From Myxococcota bacterium (lineage in GTDB: Bacteria > Myxococcota_A > UBA9042), in the NCBI GenBank assembly GCA_049317445.1, contig JBMOIG010000004.1, positions 5,182-69,181 on the forward strand: a DNA stretch of 64,000 nucleotides, given 5' to 3'. Both the position numbers and the translations under genes were made by a program. The notes under the pieces are model-generated. The model was given only the letters and a program-made list of their open reading frames with translations. It did not search any database and had not been told where the DNA came from. Below are positions 37,605 through 46,345 of the stretch, one piece after another. Within the stretch, counting starts at the first letter, position 1. Every line of letters begins with the position of its first letter.

Positions 37605-37616
37605 CGGGGCCTTGGG

Positions 37617-38561
37617 TCACCACTCGGTGTCGCTGTCCAGCTCGTCGCGCAGCCGCTCGCGGGTTCGCGCGTGCGTCGCAGCTTCCGTGGGGGTGTCCGG
37701 CGCCGCAGCGGCGGCGACAAGGTCCTTGGTCGCCTTGTCGCGCCGCCCCTTGCGCACCCACCCTACCAACAGGAACAACAGCAACAGCGCGCCGCCGGGA
37801 ACCACCACCGCGGGAACGAACCATCCGTACTCCTTCTGCTTTTCGGGCAGCAGCCAGTCGCGGCTCGCCTGTTCGCGGGGCGGCTTGTCGGCGTTGTACT
37901 CAGCCAGGTAGTAGTCCACGAGCTCGTCGCGGGAGAAGCCCATCGCCATGAACACCCGCGCCCGCAGCTTGTACAGGATCGCGGGCGTACAAGTCAGCTG
38001 GCACTTGCTGAAGAAGACCGTGGCCTTGCAGCCCTCACACACGCAGCGGACATGCTCCATGAACCACAGGTAGTCCGCCTGCGGATAGCGGAACACCCGC
38101 TCGTACTCGGGACGCAGGGGCACGAACGTGCCTTCCAGCGCCTCAGCCACCTGCCGCTTGTCCGCCAGCTGGGGCGTGGATAGGGGCGCGACGCTGCGCT
38201 GGAGGTCCTCCCGAACGATCTGCGCCTGCGGGCAAGCGCACTCCTGAGGCAGCACGCTTTTGTCCACGTCGATGACAAGGTCGCCGTCCTTGTAGCAGGT
38301 GCAAGCGATGTGTTTCATCACCGCGGCCATCGCGTCGGCACGGCTGCCTTCGCTTGTCGGCACGGCGACGCCGGTCAGGGACACGGCCTGACGCTTGCGG
38401 ATTCCGGTGGCCTCGTGGAATGCAGGGTCCTCGGTCCCCGGCAGCGGGGCAGGTCCCGGGGCGGCGGGTGCATCGGTGGCCATCGCGGTCGCGGACCAGA
38501 CGGCGGCGGTCAACGACAGGGTGAACCACACGGCAAGACGGGGCGACGGTCGAACGATCAC
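37617..38561 (-). CDS. CcmH/NrfF-like periplasmic Cys protein with a duplicated domain and C-terminal TM helix
   Basis: Signal peptide, then IACTC...ECACPQA and VRCVCEGC...CQLTCTPA, GFSRDELVDYYLAEY, a W-x-x-P TM helix and an RLRDEL tail. Confidence 0.65.
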   Translation of the reverse strand: MIVRPSPRLAVWFTLSLTAAVWSATAMATDAPAAPGPAPLPGTEDPAFHEATGIRKRQAVSLTGVAVPTSEGSRADAMAAVMKHIACTCYKDGDLVIDVDKSVLPQECACPQAQIVREDLQRSVAPLSTPQLADKRQVAEALEGTFVPLRPEYERVFRYPQADYLWFMEHVRCVCEGCKATVFFSKCQLTCTPAILYKLRARVFMAMGFSRDELVDYYLAEYNADKPPREQASRDWLLPEKQKEYGWFVPAVVVPGGALLLLFLLVGWVRKGRRDKATKDLVAAAAAPDTPTEAATHARTRERLRDELDSDTEW

Positions 38562-38688
38562 AGGGACCTCGCGGGCAGGGAAGCGACGTCGCGGACTGTG
38601 CGGGCACCCCACGGCGATTGCAAGTCGATCGCACGCAAGGCAGCGGGTCTGCGGGCCTGTCGGCGATCAAACGACCACCATTTCGGGC

Positions 38689-38717
38689 TTGAGTGATGGG
38701 CCGGTGAAGCCTATTCT
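38689..38717 (+). promoter_or_regulatory. Sigma70-type promoter for the 38771 lipoprotein
   Basis: TTGAGT-17 bp-TATTCT. Confidence 0.45.
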
Positions 38718-38770
38718 ATTGGGCCCGTTAGGCGGCGGGTGCACGACATGCCGCCAGGAGACGACTCGAC

Positions 38771-40090
38771 ATGCAGAGATTCACCCAGTGTGCGGCGTTC
38801 TGTGCCCTCTCCGTAGCCTTCTTCAGCGGCTGCGGCAGCTCAGCTGGCGGTTACGGCGGCGGCTTTGTCACCGACGTGACGAACGACCAGACGACGGGCG
38901 ACACCACCATCGTCACCGACACGAAGGACACGACGACGCCGGGTGACTCGACCACGCCGCAGGACACCACGCCGGGAGGCCCGACGGCTGCCCTGAAGTG
39001 CGTCCAGACCGCCTGTGCGTCGCAGTGGGACGGCTGCAAGAGCGATGCGTCCTGCACCAAGGGCATCACCTGCATGGATGCCTGCCCCCTGAGCAATCAG
39101 GCGTGCGTGCTCGCGTGCTACGACACTTCCGGCAAGCCCCAGGCGCTGACCAACCTGCTGATGTGCGCCCAGAACACCGACTGCATCGGTCAGGGCCCCA
39201 CCTGCGGCGATGGCAAGTGCGAGACCGGCGAGACCCAAGCCAACTGCGCCGCCGACTGCGGGGCCGCCAACCAGTGTGGCAACGGCAAGTGCGACACCAA
39301 CGAGACGTCGTCGACCTGCCCGCAGGACTGCGGCACGACCGGCCCCGTCTGCGGCAACGGCAAGTGCGAGTCGGGCGAGAGCAAGGCCAACTGCGCGTCC
39401 GACTGCGGCTCCACCGGCCCCGTCTGCGGCAACGGCACTTGCGAGTCCGGCGAGACGAAGAGCAACTGCGCGGCCGACTGCAGCACCATCACCCAGTGTG
39501 GCAACGGCAACTGTGAGTCCGGCGAGACGGCCGTGAACTGCCCGGCCGATTGCGGCGGCAGCACCGGTTCCTGCGGCGACGGCACCTGCAGCGCCGATGA
39601 GACCGCTCAGACCTGCCCTCAGGACTGCGACCAGGTGATGGCGTGCGTCGCCCAGAAGTGCGCCGCCGAGTACAGCGGCTGCTTCAATAGCGCGGCGTGC
39701 AAGGGCATCTTCAGCTGCTTCGACACCTGCCCGGACGGCTCGTGCTATCAGGCCTGCTATGATCAGGGCACCCCGGCGGCTCAGGCGGGCTACGACGCGC
39801 TCGCCTCCTGCGCGCAGGCACAGGGATGCGTCAGCGGCGGCGGCGGCGACTCGTGCCAAGGCCTGTGCGACAGCCAGCCGGCGTCGGGAGCCTGCTACTG
39901 TGACGCCGGCTGCGTAGACTACGGCGATTGCTGCGCAGACTACGAGCAGTATTGCGGTGGCGGCGGCACCCCTCCCGGCGGCGATTCGTGCAAGGGCGCT
40001 TGCGGCGGCCAGTCCGGCGCCTGCTATTGCGACACGCAGTGCGCGCAGTACGGCGACTGCTGCCCGGACATCTCGCAGTATTGCCCGTAA
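38771..40090 (+). CDS. Cys-rich lipoprotein: two helical Cys modules, six CG(N/D)GxC..E...CPxDC repeats and two somatomedin-B-like domains
   Basis: Lipobox FFSGC. C-terminal SCxGxC...CYCDxxCxxYGDCCxDY/I occurs twice. Confidence 0.83.
   Translation: MQRFTQCAAFCALSVAFFSGCGSSAGGYGGGFVTDVTNDQTTGDTTIVTDTKDTTTPGDSTTPQDTTPGGPTAALKCVQTACASQWDGCKSDASCTKGITCMDACPLSNQACVLACYDTSGKPQALTNLLMCAQNTDCIGQGPTCGDGKCETGETQANCAADCGAANQCGNGKCDTNETSSTCPQDCGTTGPVCGNGKCESGESKANCASDCGSTGPVCGNGTCESGETKSNCAADCSTITQCGNGNCESGETAVNCPADCGGSTGSCGDGTCSADETAQTCPQDCDQVMACVAQKCAAEYSGCFNSAACKGIFSCFDTCPDGSCYQACYDQGTPAAQAGYDALASCAQAQGCVSGGGGDSCQGLCDSQPASGACYCDAGCVDYGDCCADYEQYCGGGGTPPGGDSCKGACGGQSGACYCDTQCAQYGDCCPDISQYCP
39190..39630 (+). 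repeat. In-frame tandem repeats of about 72-75 bp (CGNGKCESGE...NCxxDC x6)
   Basis: Near-identical units, e.g. accggccccgtctgcggcaacggc at about 39338 and 39413. Confidence 0.8.
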
Positions 40091-40360
40091 GAACAGCCGG
40101 TTCCTCGACAATCCCCAGCCTTGGCGACGTGTTCAGCGGGGCCAAGGCCAGCTGAGGTGCAGTCCTTGTCGCCTCTGCCCCTGCGCTGCTGCGCGTCCGC
40201 CCCCACATTCCGTAACCATTTGGAACGCCTGACCATTGCGATGGCGGAACGGGGATGGCAACTCCCCGATCCACACGCGATGATTCATGACGTGGGGCTG
40301 AGGACTGGCGCCCGCTTCGAGGACGGGGGAGGCGAGCTTCGTCCGCCGCCTCGACCGTGA

Positions 40361-43300
40361 CTACAGCGCCTTGATGACCGTCTTGGTGCCCTGCTGACCC
40401 GACACCGGCGGGCGGTCGGCGAACACGTCCGATACGCTCATCTTCTTCTTGGTCGGATCCTTGGTGATCTCGATGCCGCGCTCGGTCAGGGGGAACTCTT
40501 CGGTTCCCGCCCACTGGCCTTCGTTCTCGGGCAAGCCAATCGTGTACTTGTACTTCAGGCTTGCACCCTGCGGGAACGCGAACACGCCTGACCAGATGCT
40601 GTCGCCGGCCTTCTCGTCTCCCGACAGACCATCGTCTCGCAGGCCGATCTTGTTCGGCACCCACTTGGCCTTCATGCCCAGCTTGGGGTCGTTGCCCGTG
40701 ATGTAGACGATGCCCTTTCCGTTTGGCGGCGGCCAGTTGTAGATCGGTCCGAAGGCGTCCAGCGGGGGATTGCCTGCCGTCGCTCCCCTGGCGTCGCACT
40801 GGAAGGTCACGAACACGGCCAGCGTCGGGTCCTCGACCAGCAGCCGGGCTTCCAGCGACGGGGCCAGGTCCTTGGTCACGCCGTCCTTGGTAAACACCAG
40901 CTGCATTTGCAGCGGATCGCCGGCCGAGATCCCCAGATCCGTATACGGGATGAAGACTTCCAGCAGCTTGCCGCCGGTCACCGGGCCTCCGACCTTGCCG
41001 CCGAACGCCGACGCCGCGATGCCTGTCCAGTTGGCCGTGCCGTCGCTCTTGCGCCACTCAGGCGTCGCCTTGCCGCTCTTCAGGTCGATCCACAGCTCGC
41101 GAGCGGCGCCCTTGCCCTTGAAGTTCAGGGTGTCGCCGTTGCGGCTCTTGTTCACGCCGGCTTCCTCCGTCACTTGCCCGGTTGCGGCGTTCACGATGTG
41201 CTTGTTCGAGAAGTACAGGCCGATGCCACCCTTGGACAAGGTCGTCAGGTTCCAGTTGTGGGCCAGACCGACGAAAACGCCTTCCTTGGCGTCCTGCTTG
41301 CCGAAACCGTAGTAGACGGTCGCAAACCAGTCGTCGGGCGATGCCTCTGCCCCCGAGGTGTCGGAGTCGAAGAAGAAGCCACCGTCAACGGTCCACTCAC
41401 CCTCGTTCGGCGTGAACAGACCGTCCAGCGTCGGCGGCGGATCCAGAGGCGCGAGCGGGGCTTGCGGGTTGGCCTGGATGATCGGCTTGAACTCTGGCGG
41501 CGTGATGGTCGGCTTGCCCTGCAGCGTCAGCGCCTGATTCATGTGCAGGTACATGCCGCCCAGATGTGCGCGGAAACCCTGGTCGAACGGCGAGTCGTCG
41601 TTGCTGGGTGAGGTCATGTCCGACCCGTACCACCAGAACCAGTCCGACCCCTCTGCCGCGTAGATTTCGTCGAAGGCGACCCAAGTGTGGTAGTCGGCGG
41701 ATTTGGTGTCGACCGGGCGCTTCAAGTACGGGTCGGGCTGCAGAAGTCCGCTCTTGGCCAGATCATTGCGCGCCTGCAGCAGGTAGCCCCACGCGACGTT
41801 CTCCTCGCCCTCGCCGATCCAGGTCGAGAACGTGCCGCCAATCCACGATCCCGGGAACAGCGGCTCGAGTTCCTTGAGCTTCTCGACCGGGTGAGCGGGC
41901 ACACCGCGCTCCGGGTTGCCCATCAGGTACTCGCTGCCGGTGACGGTGACGATCTCGCCGGTTTGGAAGGCCAGTTCCAACTTGCTGTACAGCTTGTGGA
42001 AGAAGCCCTTGCCGTCGTGCTCGATCACGAACGTTTCCCACGCGTTCTCACCGTCGAGGATCAGCGTGATCACGCGGTCTTCCGACGAGCCGAACGACGG
42101 GGCTTGGGCGTTGACGTTCTTGATCAGGTCGTTGGACGAGTCCTCGCCCGCCATGCCCTGGTACTTGAAGCCGATGTCGTTGGACATCTGGGTGTTGCGG
42201 AAATAGACGCCCAGGACGTCGTCGGTCGACCCTCCGGAACCCGACACCGTGTCCACGTCGACCTGGAAGGGGTTCTGTGGGGCGCCGCCGGGCGACTGGC
42301 CGCTTTGCGCCATCACCTGCTGGTCGGTGGCGACCCACATGACCTTGTGCTGGACGAAGTGCTGCACCACTGCCTCTGCGACCGACCCTTCGCCCGGCCA
42401 CATGCCCCGCGGCTTCTCGCCGAACAGGTCCTCGAAGTACGCCACCGCACGGCCGACCTGCGCTGCGGCGTCCTTGGGATAGCTGAACGGGGACGCGGGC
42501 TTGGCGTCGAAGGGCTGGCCCTGGCTCATCAGGTTCGTGTCCTGCACCAGCGGCAGGATCGGGTGGTAGAAGGGGGTCGTCGTCAGCTCGATCTGGCCCG
42601 TGTGCTCCACCGGGTGATAGGCCAGCTTCTTGTGGATGGGGACCACGGCCTTCATGATCTTGAACTCTTCCACGACGACACGGCGCGCCAGCTCGTCGGT
42701 CAGCGGCACCTTCAGCCCGTACTTGCCGCCGGCAAGCGGCTGCAGAAAGTCCGTCAGGTTCACCACGTCGCCGGTCGCCAGGGTCACCGGACCTTGCAGG
42801 AAGTCGGGGTCCATCCAAGCGATCTCGAACCAAAACTTCAGCCCCAGGAAGTCGGCCTGGGTGTAGGTCGCCGGGTTCTTCTCGCGCAGCTTCTTGTAGT
42901 CGGGAAAGCGGTCCATCAGCACGGGCGCAGTCGACACGCAGCTCCACGGGTCGGCGTACAACAGGCCCAGCTGCTTCTCGGTCGCCGTTTCGGGCGACGG
43001 CGTGGGCTCGAGCAGCAAGTCGACCCACGGGTCGGTGTGCCCCTTCCACTTGGCCAGAAAGCCCGCGACATCCATGGTGGTGGCCTTGGTGTCGACGTAA
43101 GGACCCATGCGGTCGACGTAGTAGGGCAGCAGCTGGTTGAGCAGCACGGCCGTCAGGTTCATCGTCAGGTGCACGTTCGGATAGCCCTCGAGAATCGAGG
43201 CCATGTCGTAGTAGTCCTTGGTCGCGTGCTTGCGGACCCAGGGCGACATCAAAACGTCGCCGACCGGGTCCAGATAGGTAGGTTGGTGCTGGTGGAACAG

Positions 43301-44011
43301 CAGCTGCAGGTAGACGGTGCGCGTGATCTTCAGCTTGGTTGTCGAGGACGAAAGGGCCTGTCCGTCCGCGGCCTTGAGCTTGGCCTTGCTGGGCAGCAGG
43401 TAGTACGTCACCGCGGGGTTGGGCTTGGCGTTGGCGGCCAGCGTCAGCTCGGCGATCGGCTTGTCGATCAGGACCTTGACGGAGGCCACGGCCAACGACG
43501 AGTTGTCGGAACCGGTGATGCTCCACGCAGTGGGGTCCTGGCCTTTCTGCGCGTCCAGCGGCTTGTTGAAGCGGGCGCGCACCTGAACGCCGTCGGGAGA
43601 CGCAGCGCTGAGGAACGTCGCGGGTCCTGTCGGCCATGTCACGGTGTCGGTGTCGACGATGTCGGTGTCGAGGATGTCGGTGTCGAGGATGTCGGTGCCG
43701 AGGATGTCAGTGTCGGGCAGGGCGGTGTCGGAGCCGTCGACGAGATCCGGGGTCGAGTCGGGCAGATCGGTGCCGTCGGGCAGGGCGTCCGTCAGCGTGT
43801 CCTGAGGCCAATCCACATCGGTGACCGGCACGTCCAGCAGCGGGCCGCCGTCCAGCGTGGCGTTGTAGTCGGCGGCAGGCGAGTGCCAAGGGTCACCCGA
43901 GGCGTTGCGCGCGAGCTCATCGGGCGTGCGGACGCAACCCATGGAAAGCAGAAGGAGCGCCAGCGTCGTCAGGGCAGCGGTCCGGGCGAGCGGGAGGAAG
44001 ATCTTGGCCAC
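40361..44011 (-). CDS. GH57 glycoside hydrolase (amylopullulanase-like) lipoprotein with accessory domains
   Basis: Lipobox LLSMGC after a GTG start. GH57 motifs HQHQPTY, ELTTTPFYHPILPL, GMWPGEG, LILDGENAWE and AAEGSDWFWW. C-terminal LRDDGLSGDEKAGDSIWS. Confidence 0.88.
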   Translation of the reverse strand: MAKIFLPLARTAALTTLALLLLSMGCVRTPDELARNASGDPWHSPAADYNATLDGGPLLDVPVTDVDWPQDTLTDALPDGTDLPDSTPDLVDGSDTALPDTDILGTDILDTDILDTDIVDTDTVTWPTGPATFLSAASPDGVQVRARFNKPLDAQKGQDPTAWSITGSDNSSLAVASVKVLIDKPIAELTLAANAKPNPAVTYYLLPSKAKLKAADGQALSSSTTKLKITRTVYLQLLFHQHQPTYLDPVGDVLMSPWVRKHATKDYYDMASILEGYPNVHLTMNLTAVLLNQLLPYYVDRMGPYVDTKATTMDVAGFLAKWKGHTDPWVDLLLEPTPSPETATEKQLGLLYADPWSCVSTAPVLMDRFPDYKKLREKNPATYTQADFLGLKFWFEIAWMDPDFLQGPVTLATGDVVNLTDFLQPLAGGKYGLKVPLTDELARRVVVEEFKIMKAVVPIHKKLAYHPVEHTGQIELTTTPFYHPILPLVQDTNLMSQGQPFDAKPASPFSYPKDAAAQVGRAVAYFEDLFGEKPRGMWPGEGSVAEAVVQHFVQHKVMWVATDQQVMAQSGQSPGGAPQNPFQVDVDTVSGSGGSTDDVLGVYFRNTQMSNDIGFKYQGMAGEDSSNDLIKNVNAQAPSFGSSEDRVITLILDGENAWETFVIEHDGKGFFHKLYSKLELAFQTGEIVTVTGSEYLMGNPERGVPAHPVEKLKELEPLFPGSWIGGTFSTWIGEGEENVAWGYLLQARNDLAKSGLLQPDPYLKRPVDTKSADYHTWVAFDEIYAAEGSDWFWWYGSDMTSPSNDDSPFDQGFRAHLGGMYLHMNQALTLQGKPTITPPEFKPIIQANPQAPLAPLDPPPTLDGLFTPNEGEWTVDGGFFFDSDTSGAEASPDDWFATVYYGFGKQDAKEGVFVGLAHNWNLTTLSKGGIGLYFSNKHIVNAATGQVTEEAGVNKSRNGDTLNFKGKGAARELWIDLKSGKATPEWRKSDGTANWTGIAASAFGGKVGGPVTGGKLLEVFIPYTDLGISAGDPLQMQLVFTKDGVTKDLAPSLEARLLVEDPTLAVFVTFQCDARGATAGNPPLDAFGPIYNWPPPNGKGIVYITGNDPKLGMKAKWVPNKIGLRDDGLSGDEKAGDSIWSGVFAFPQGASLKYKYTIGLPENEGQWAGTEEFPLTERGIEITKDPTKKKMSVSDVFADRPPVSGQQGTKTVIKAL
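43646..43715 (-). repeat. 15-bp in-frame tandem repeat (DTDIL, about 4.5 copies) in the acidic linker
   Basis: Repeated gtcggtgtcgaggat units. Confidence 0.85.
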
Positions 44012-44220
44012 GGGATTGCCTCGCGGGGGGAGGGAGATTCGCGGTCGCCAAGTATAGCCCACGGCAAGGCGGCGCACAGGGCGCAGTGACGCTTTCGGTG
44101 CGGATTCGGGGGGCGCGTACCCCGGCGGGCCGTGGGCTCGTCCGTTGCCTTTCCCGCCAAGCATCCGCATGATTCGGGGCACCGGCCCGGCCGGCGTCCA
44201 TTCTGGGGGAGCGTTCCGAC

Positions 44221-45744
44221 ATGCGACTTGCCACCTGTGCCGTGCTGGCCCTTGCCATGTCCGCTTGCGGAAACGAGATCGTCCTGTGTCCGGCGGGCTA
44301 TTATGCCGTCGGCAAGGAGTGCCGCGAGATCGCGTCCGAGCCACAACCCGACGTCAAGGATGCCACGGACATCAAGAAGGACACCACGCCGACCGACACC
44401 ACCATCGTCGACAGCTTCAACCCCAAAGACGGCCAGGACACTGAGGAAACCGCGGAGGACGTCGACCTCGACGCCACGGACGACGCCGTCGATACCGGTC
44501 CTGACCTGAAGCAGGACGTCAAGGAGCTGCCCCCGACCGGCACCATGGCCGTGGGCTCTGCGTGTGTCGACGACTTCGACTGCCTGCCCGGCCTGTCGTG
44601 CTTCAACTGGCCCAAGGGCTACTGCACCATCACGAATTGCGACGCGCCCGGCACCTACTGCCCCGGGTCGTCGGTGTGCTGGGGCCAGACCGAGTTCACC
44701 CAGTCCTGTGCCCAGGGCTGCGACACCGACGCGGACTGCCGCAAGGGTGACGGCTACGGCTGCAAGCGCATGACCCAGGACTTTGGCGGCATCGAGGCGT
44801 CGATGTGCCTGCCGGGCGGTTCCAGCCCTCTTGGGTTTGCGTGTGAGAAAGCGCTCGACTGTGCCGGCTCGTCCACCTGCCTGACGGACATCCCCGGCGG
44901 CTACTGCGCGCGAGTCGGCTGCGGCGTCGACGATCCGTGTGACGCGGGCTCTGCGTGCGTGTTGCGCAACGGCAAGCCCATGTGCCTGAAGTCGTGCGCG
45001 GTGGACGGCGACTGCCAGATCCCCAGCAAAGACCCGCGCTCCTGCGTCGCCAAGACCGACCTGGGGAAGAAATCGGTCAAGGTGTGTCTGGACACGGCCA
45101 AGGCGTCGCCCGTCGGAGGCCCCTGTCTGGCCGATCTCGATTGCGAGTCCAAGCTGTGCAGCATCTTTGCCAAGGGCACGTGCACGATTGGCGGTACCTC
45201 ATGCCTCAACGACGCCCAGTGCGGCGCCGCAGGGCCATGCAAGCTGGCGGCCGCTGCAGAGAAGGGCATCTGCGGCGCACCATGCTCCGGCGACAAGCCG
45301 TGCCCGTCGGGCGGTGTGTGCGTCCCCGCCAGCGGCTCCAACTACAACGGCAGCTGTCAGCCGAATTGCCAGGGACCGGGTGATGTTGCGAGCTGTGGCG
45401 GCGTGCCCGACCTCGAGTGCCTGTACGGACAGCCGATTCCGCCCCCAGGCACCCCGGCGATGCTGGGGTACGCCTGCGCTCCGCGACCCAAGTCCACCGC
45501 CGGAGCGCCCTGCACGGCCTCGTCCGACTGCCTGTCCAAGAACTGCTTTGCCAACAAGCCAGGCACCGCGGGCTACTGCGCGGCGAACTGCGGCGGTGCG
45601 GTGGCGTGTCCGTTCGGCACGATCTGCGTCGACATCGGCGTGTCGCTGTGCCTGCGCACCTGCAGCGTGGACTTCGACTGCCCGGCGCTGATGACGTGTC
45701 AGTCCAGCGCCTCAGCCAGCTCGAAATTCTGCATGAATCCGTAG
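44221..45744 (+). CDS. Cys-rich lipoprotein
   Basis: Lipobox AMSAC, D/T-rich linker, then GxxCxxxxDC...GYC repeats. Confidence 0.82.
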   Translation: MRLATCAVLALAMSACGNEIVLCPAGYYAVGKECREIASEPQPDVKDATDIKKDTTPTDTTIVDSFNPKDGQDTEETAEDVDLDATDDAVDTGPDLKQDVKELPPTGTMAVGSACVDDFDCLPGLSCFNWPKGYCTITNCDAPGTYCPGSSVCWGQTEFTQSCAQGCDTDADCRKGDGYGCKRMTQDFGGIEASMCLPGGSSPLGFACEKALDCAGSSTCLTDIPGGYCARVGCGVDDPCDAGSACVLRNGKPMCLKSCAVDGDCQIPSKDPRSCVAKTDLGKKSVKVCLDTAKASPVGGPCLADLDCESKLCSIFAKGTCTIGGTSCLNDAQCGAAGPCKLAAAAEKGICGAPCSGDKPCPSGGVCVPASGSNYNGSCQPNCQGPGDVASCGGVPDLECLYGQPIPPPGTPAMLGYACAPRPKSTAGAPCTASSDCLSKNCFANKPGTAGYCAANCGGAVACPFGTICVDIGVSLCLRTCSVDFDCPALMTCQSSASASSKFCMNP

Positions 45745-45756
45745 AGAGCTAAGCGG

Positions 45757-46335
45757 TCACCGCTGCCACAGCGGCTCAGGCTCGCCGTTGCGTCGGGCGA
45801 TCCACCGACTGGCGACGAACAACAGGTCGCCCAGGCGGTTCAGGTACATCAGATCGTCGGGGCTGACCGGCTCGAGCCGCGACAGATGCAGCGCCTCGCG
45901 CTCTGCCCGTCGGCACACTGTGCGCGCCAGATGCAGGGTCGAAGCCACCGGCCCACCGCCGGGCAGCACGAAGGACCTCAGCGGCGGCAGCTCGGCGTTC
46001 AGTTCGTCGATCGCCTCCTCCAACGCAGTGACATCGTCCGCGACCACCACGGGCTGACCGGCGAAGCGGCTCTCCAGACGGGTCGCCAGGCTGGAGCCCA
46101 GATCGAACAGCTTCTGCTGGATGCCGTACAGCAACGTTTCCAGCCGGGCGCGCGCCGGATCATCGTGGCCGTACCGCACGTTCTGGTCGCGGGCCATGCC
46201 CAGCGTCGCGTTCAGTTCGTCGACCGTGCCGTAGGCGCAGATGCGCGGGTCGTCCTTGCTGACGCGCTCGCCGCCGACCAGCGAGGTGGTCCCGTCGTCG
46301 CCGGTGCGTGTGTAGATGCGATTGAGGAGGACCAT
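45757..46335 (-). CDS. pduO: PduO-type ATP:cob(I)alamin adenosyltransferase
   Basis: Motifs IYTRTGDDGTT, YGTVDELN, FVLPGG, RTVCRRAER and YLNRLGDLLF. Confidence 0.93.
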   Translation of the reverse strand: MVLLNRIYTRTGDDGTTSLVGGERVSKDDPRICAYGTVDELNATLGMARDQNVRYGHDDPARARLETLLYGIQQKLFDLGSSLATRLESRFAGQPVVVADDVTALEEAIDELNAELPPLRSFVLPGGGPVASTLHLARTVCRRAEREALHLSRLEPVSPDDLMYLNRLGDLLFVASRWIARRNGEPEPLWQR

Positions 46336-46345
46336 ACGGCTCCGG

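Noticed and set aside
40091-40360. 270-bp gap between convergent genes with short hairpins and a 39-codon ORF
   Set aside because: No RBS or coding signal and no recognisable RNA family.
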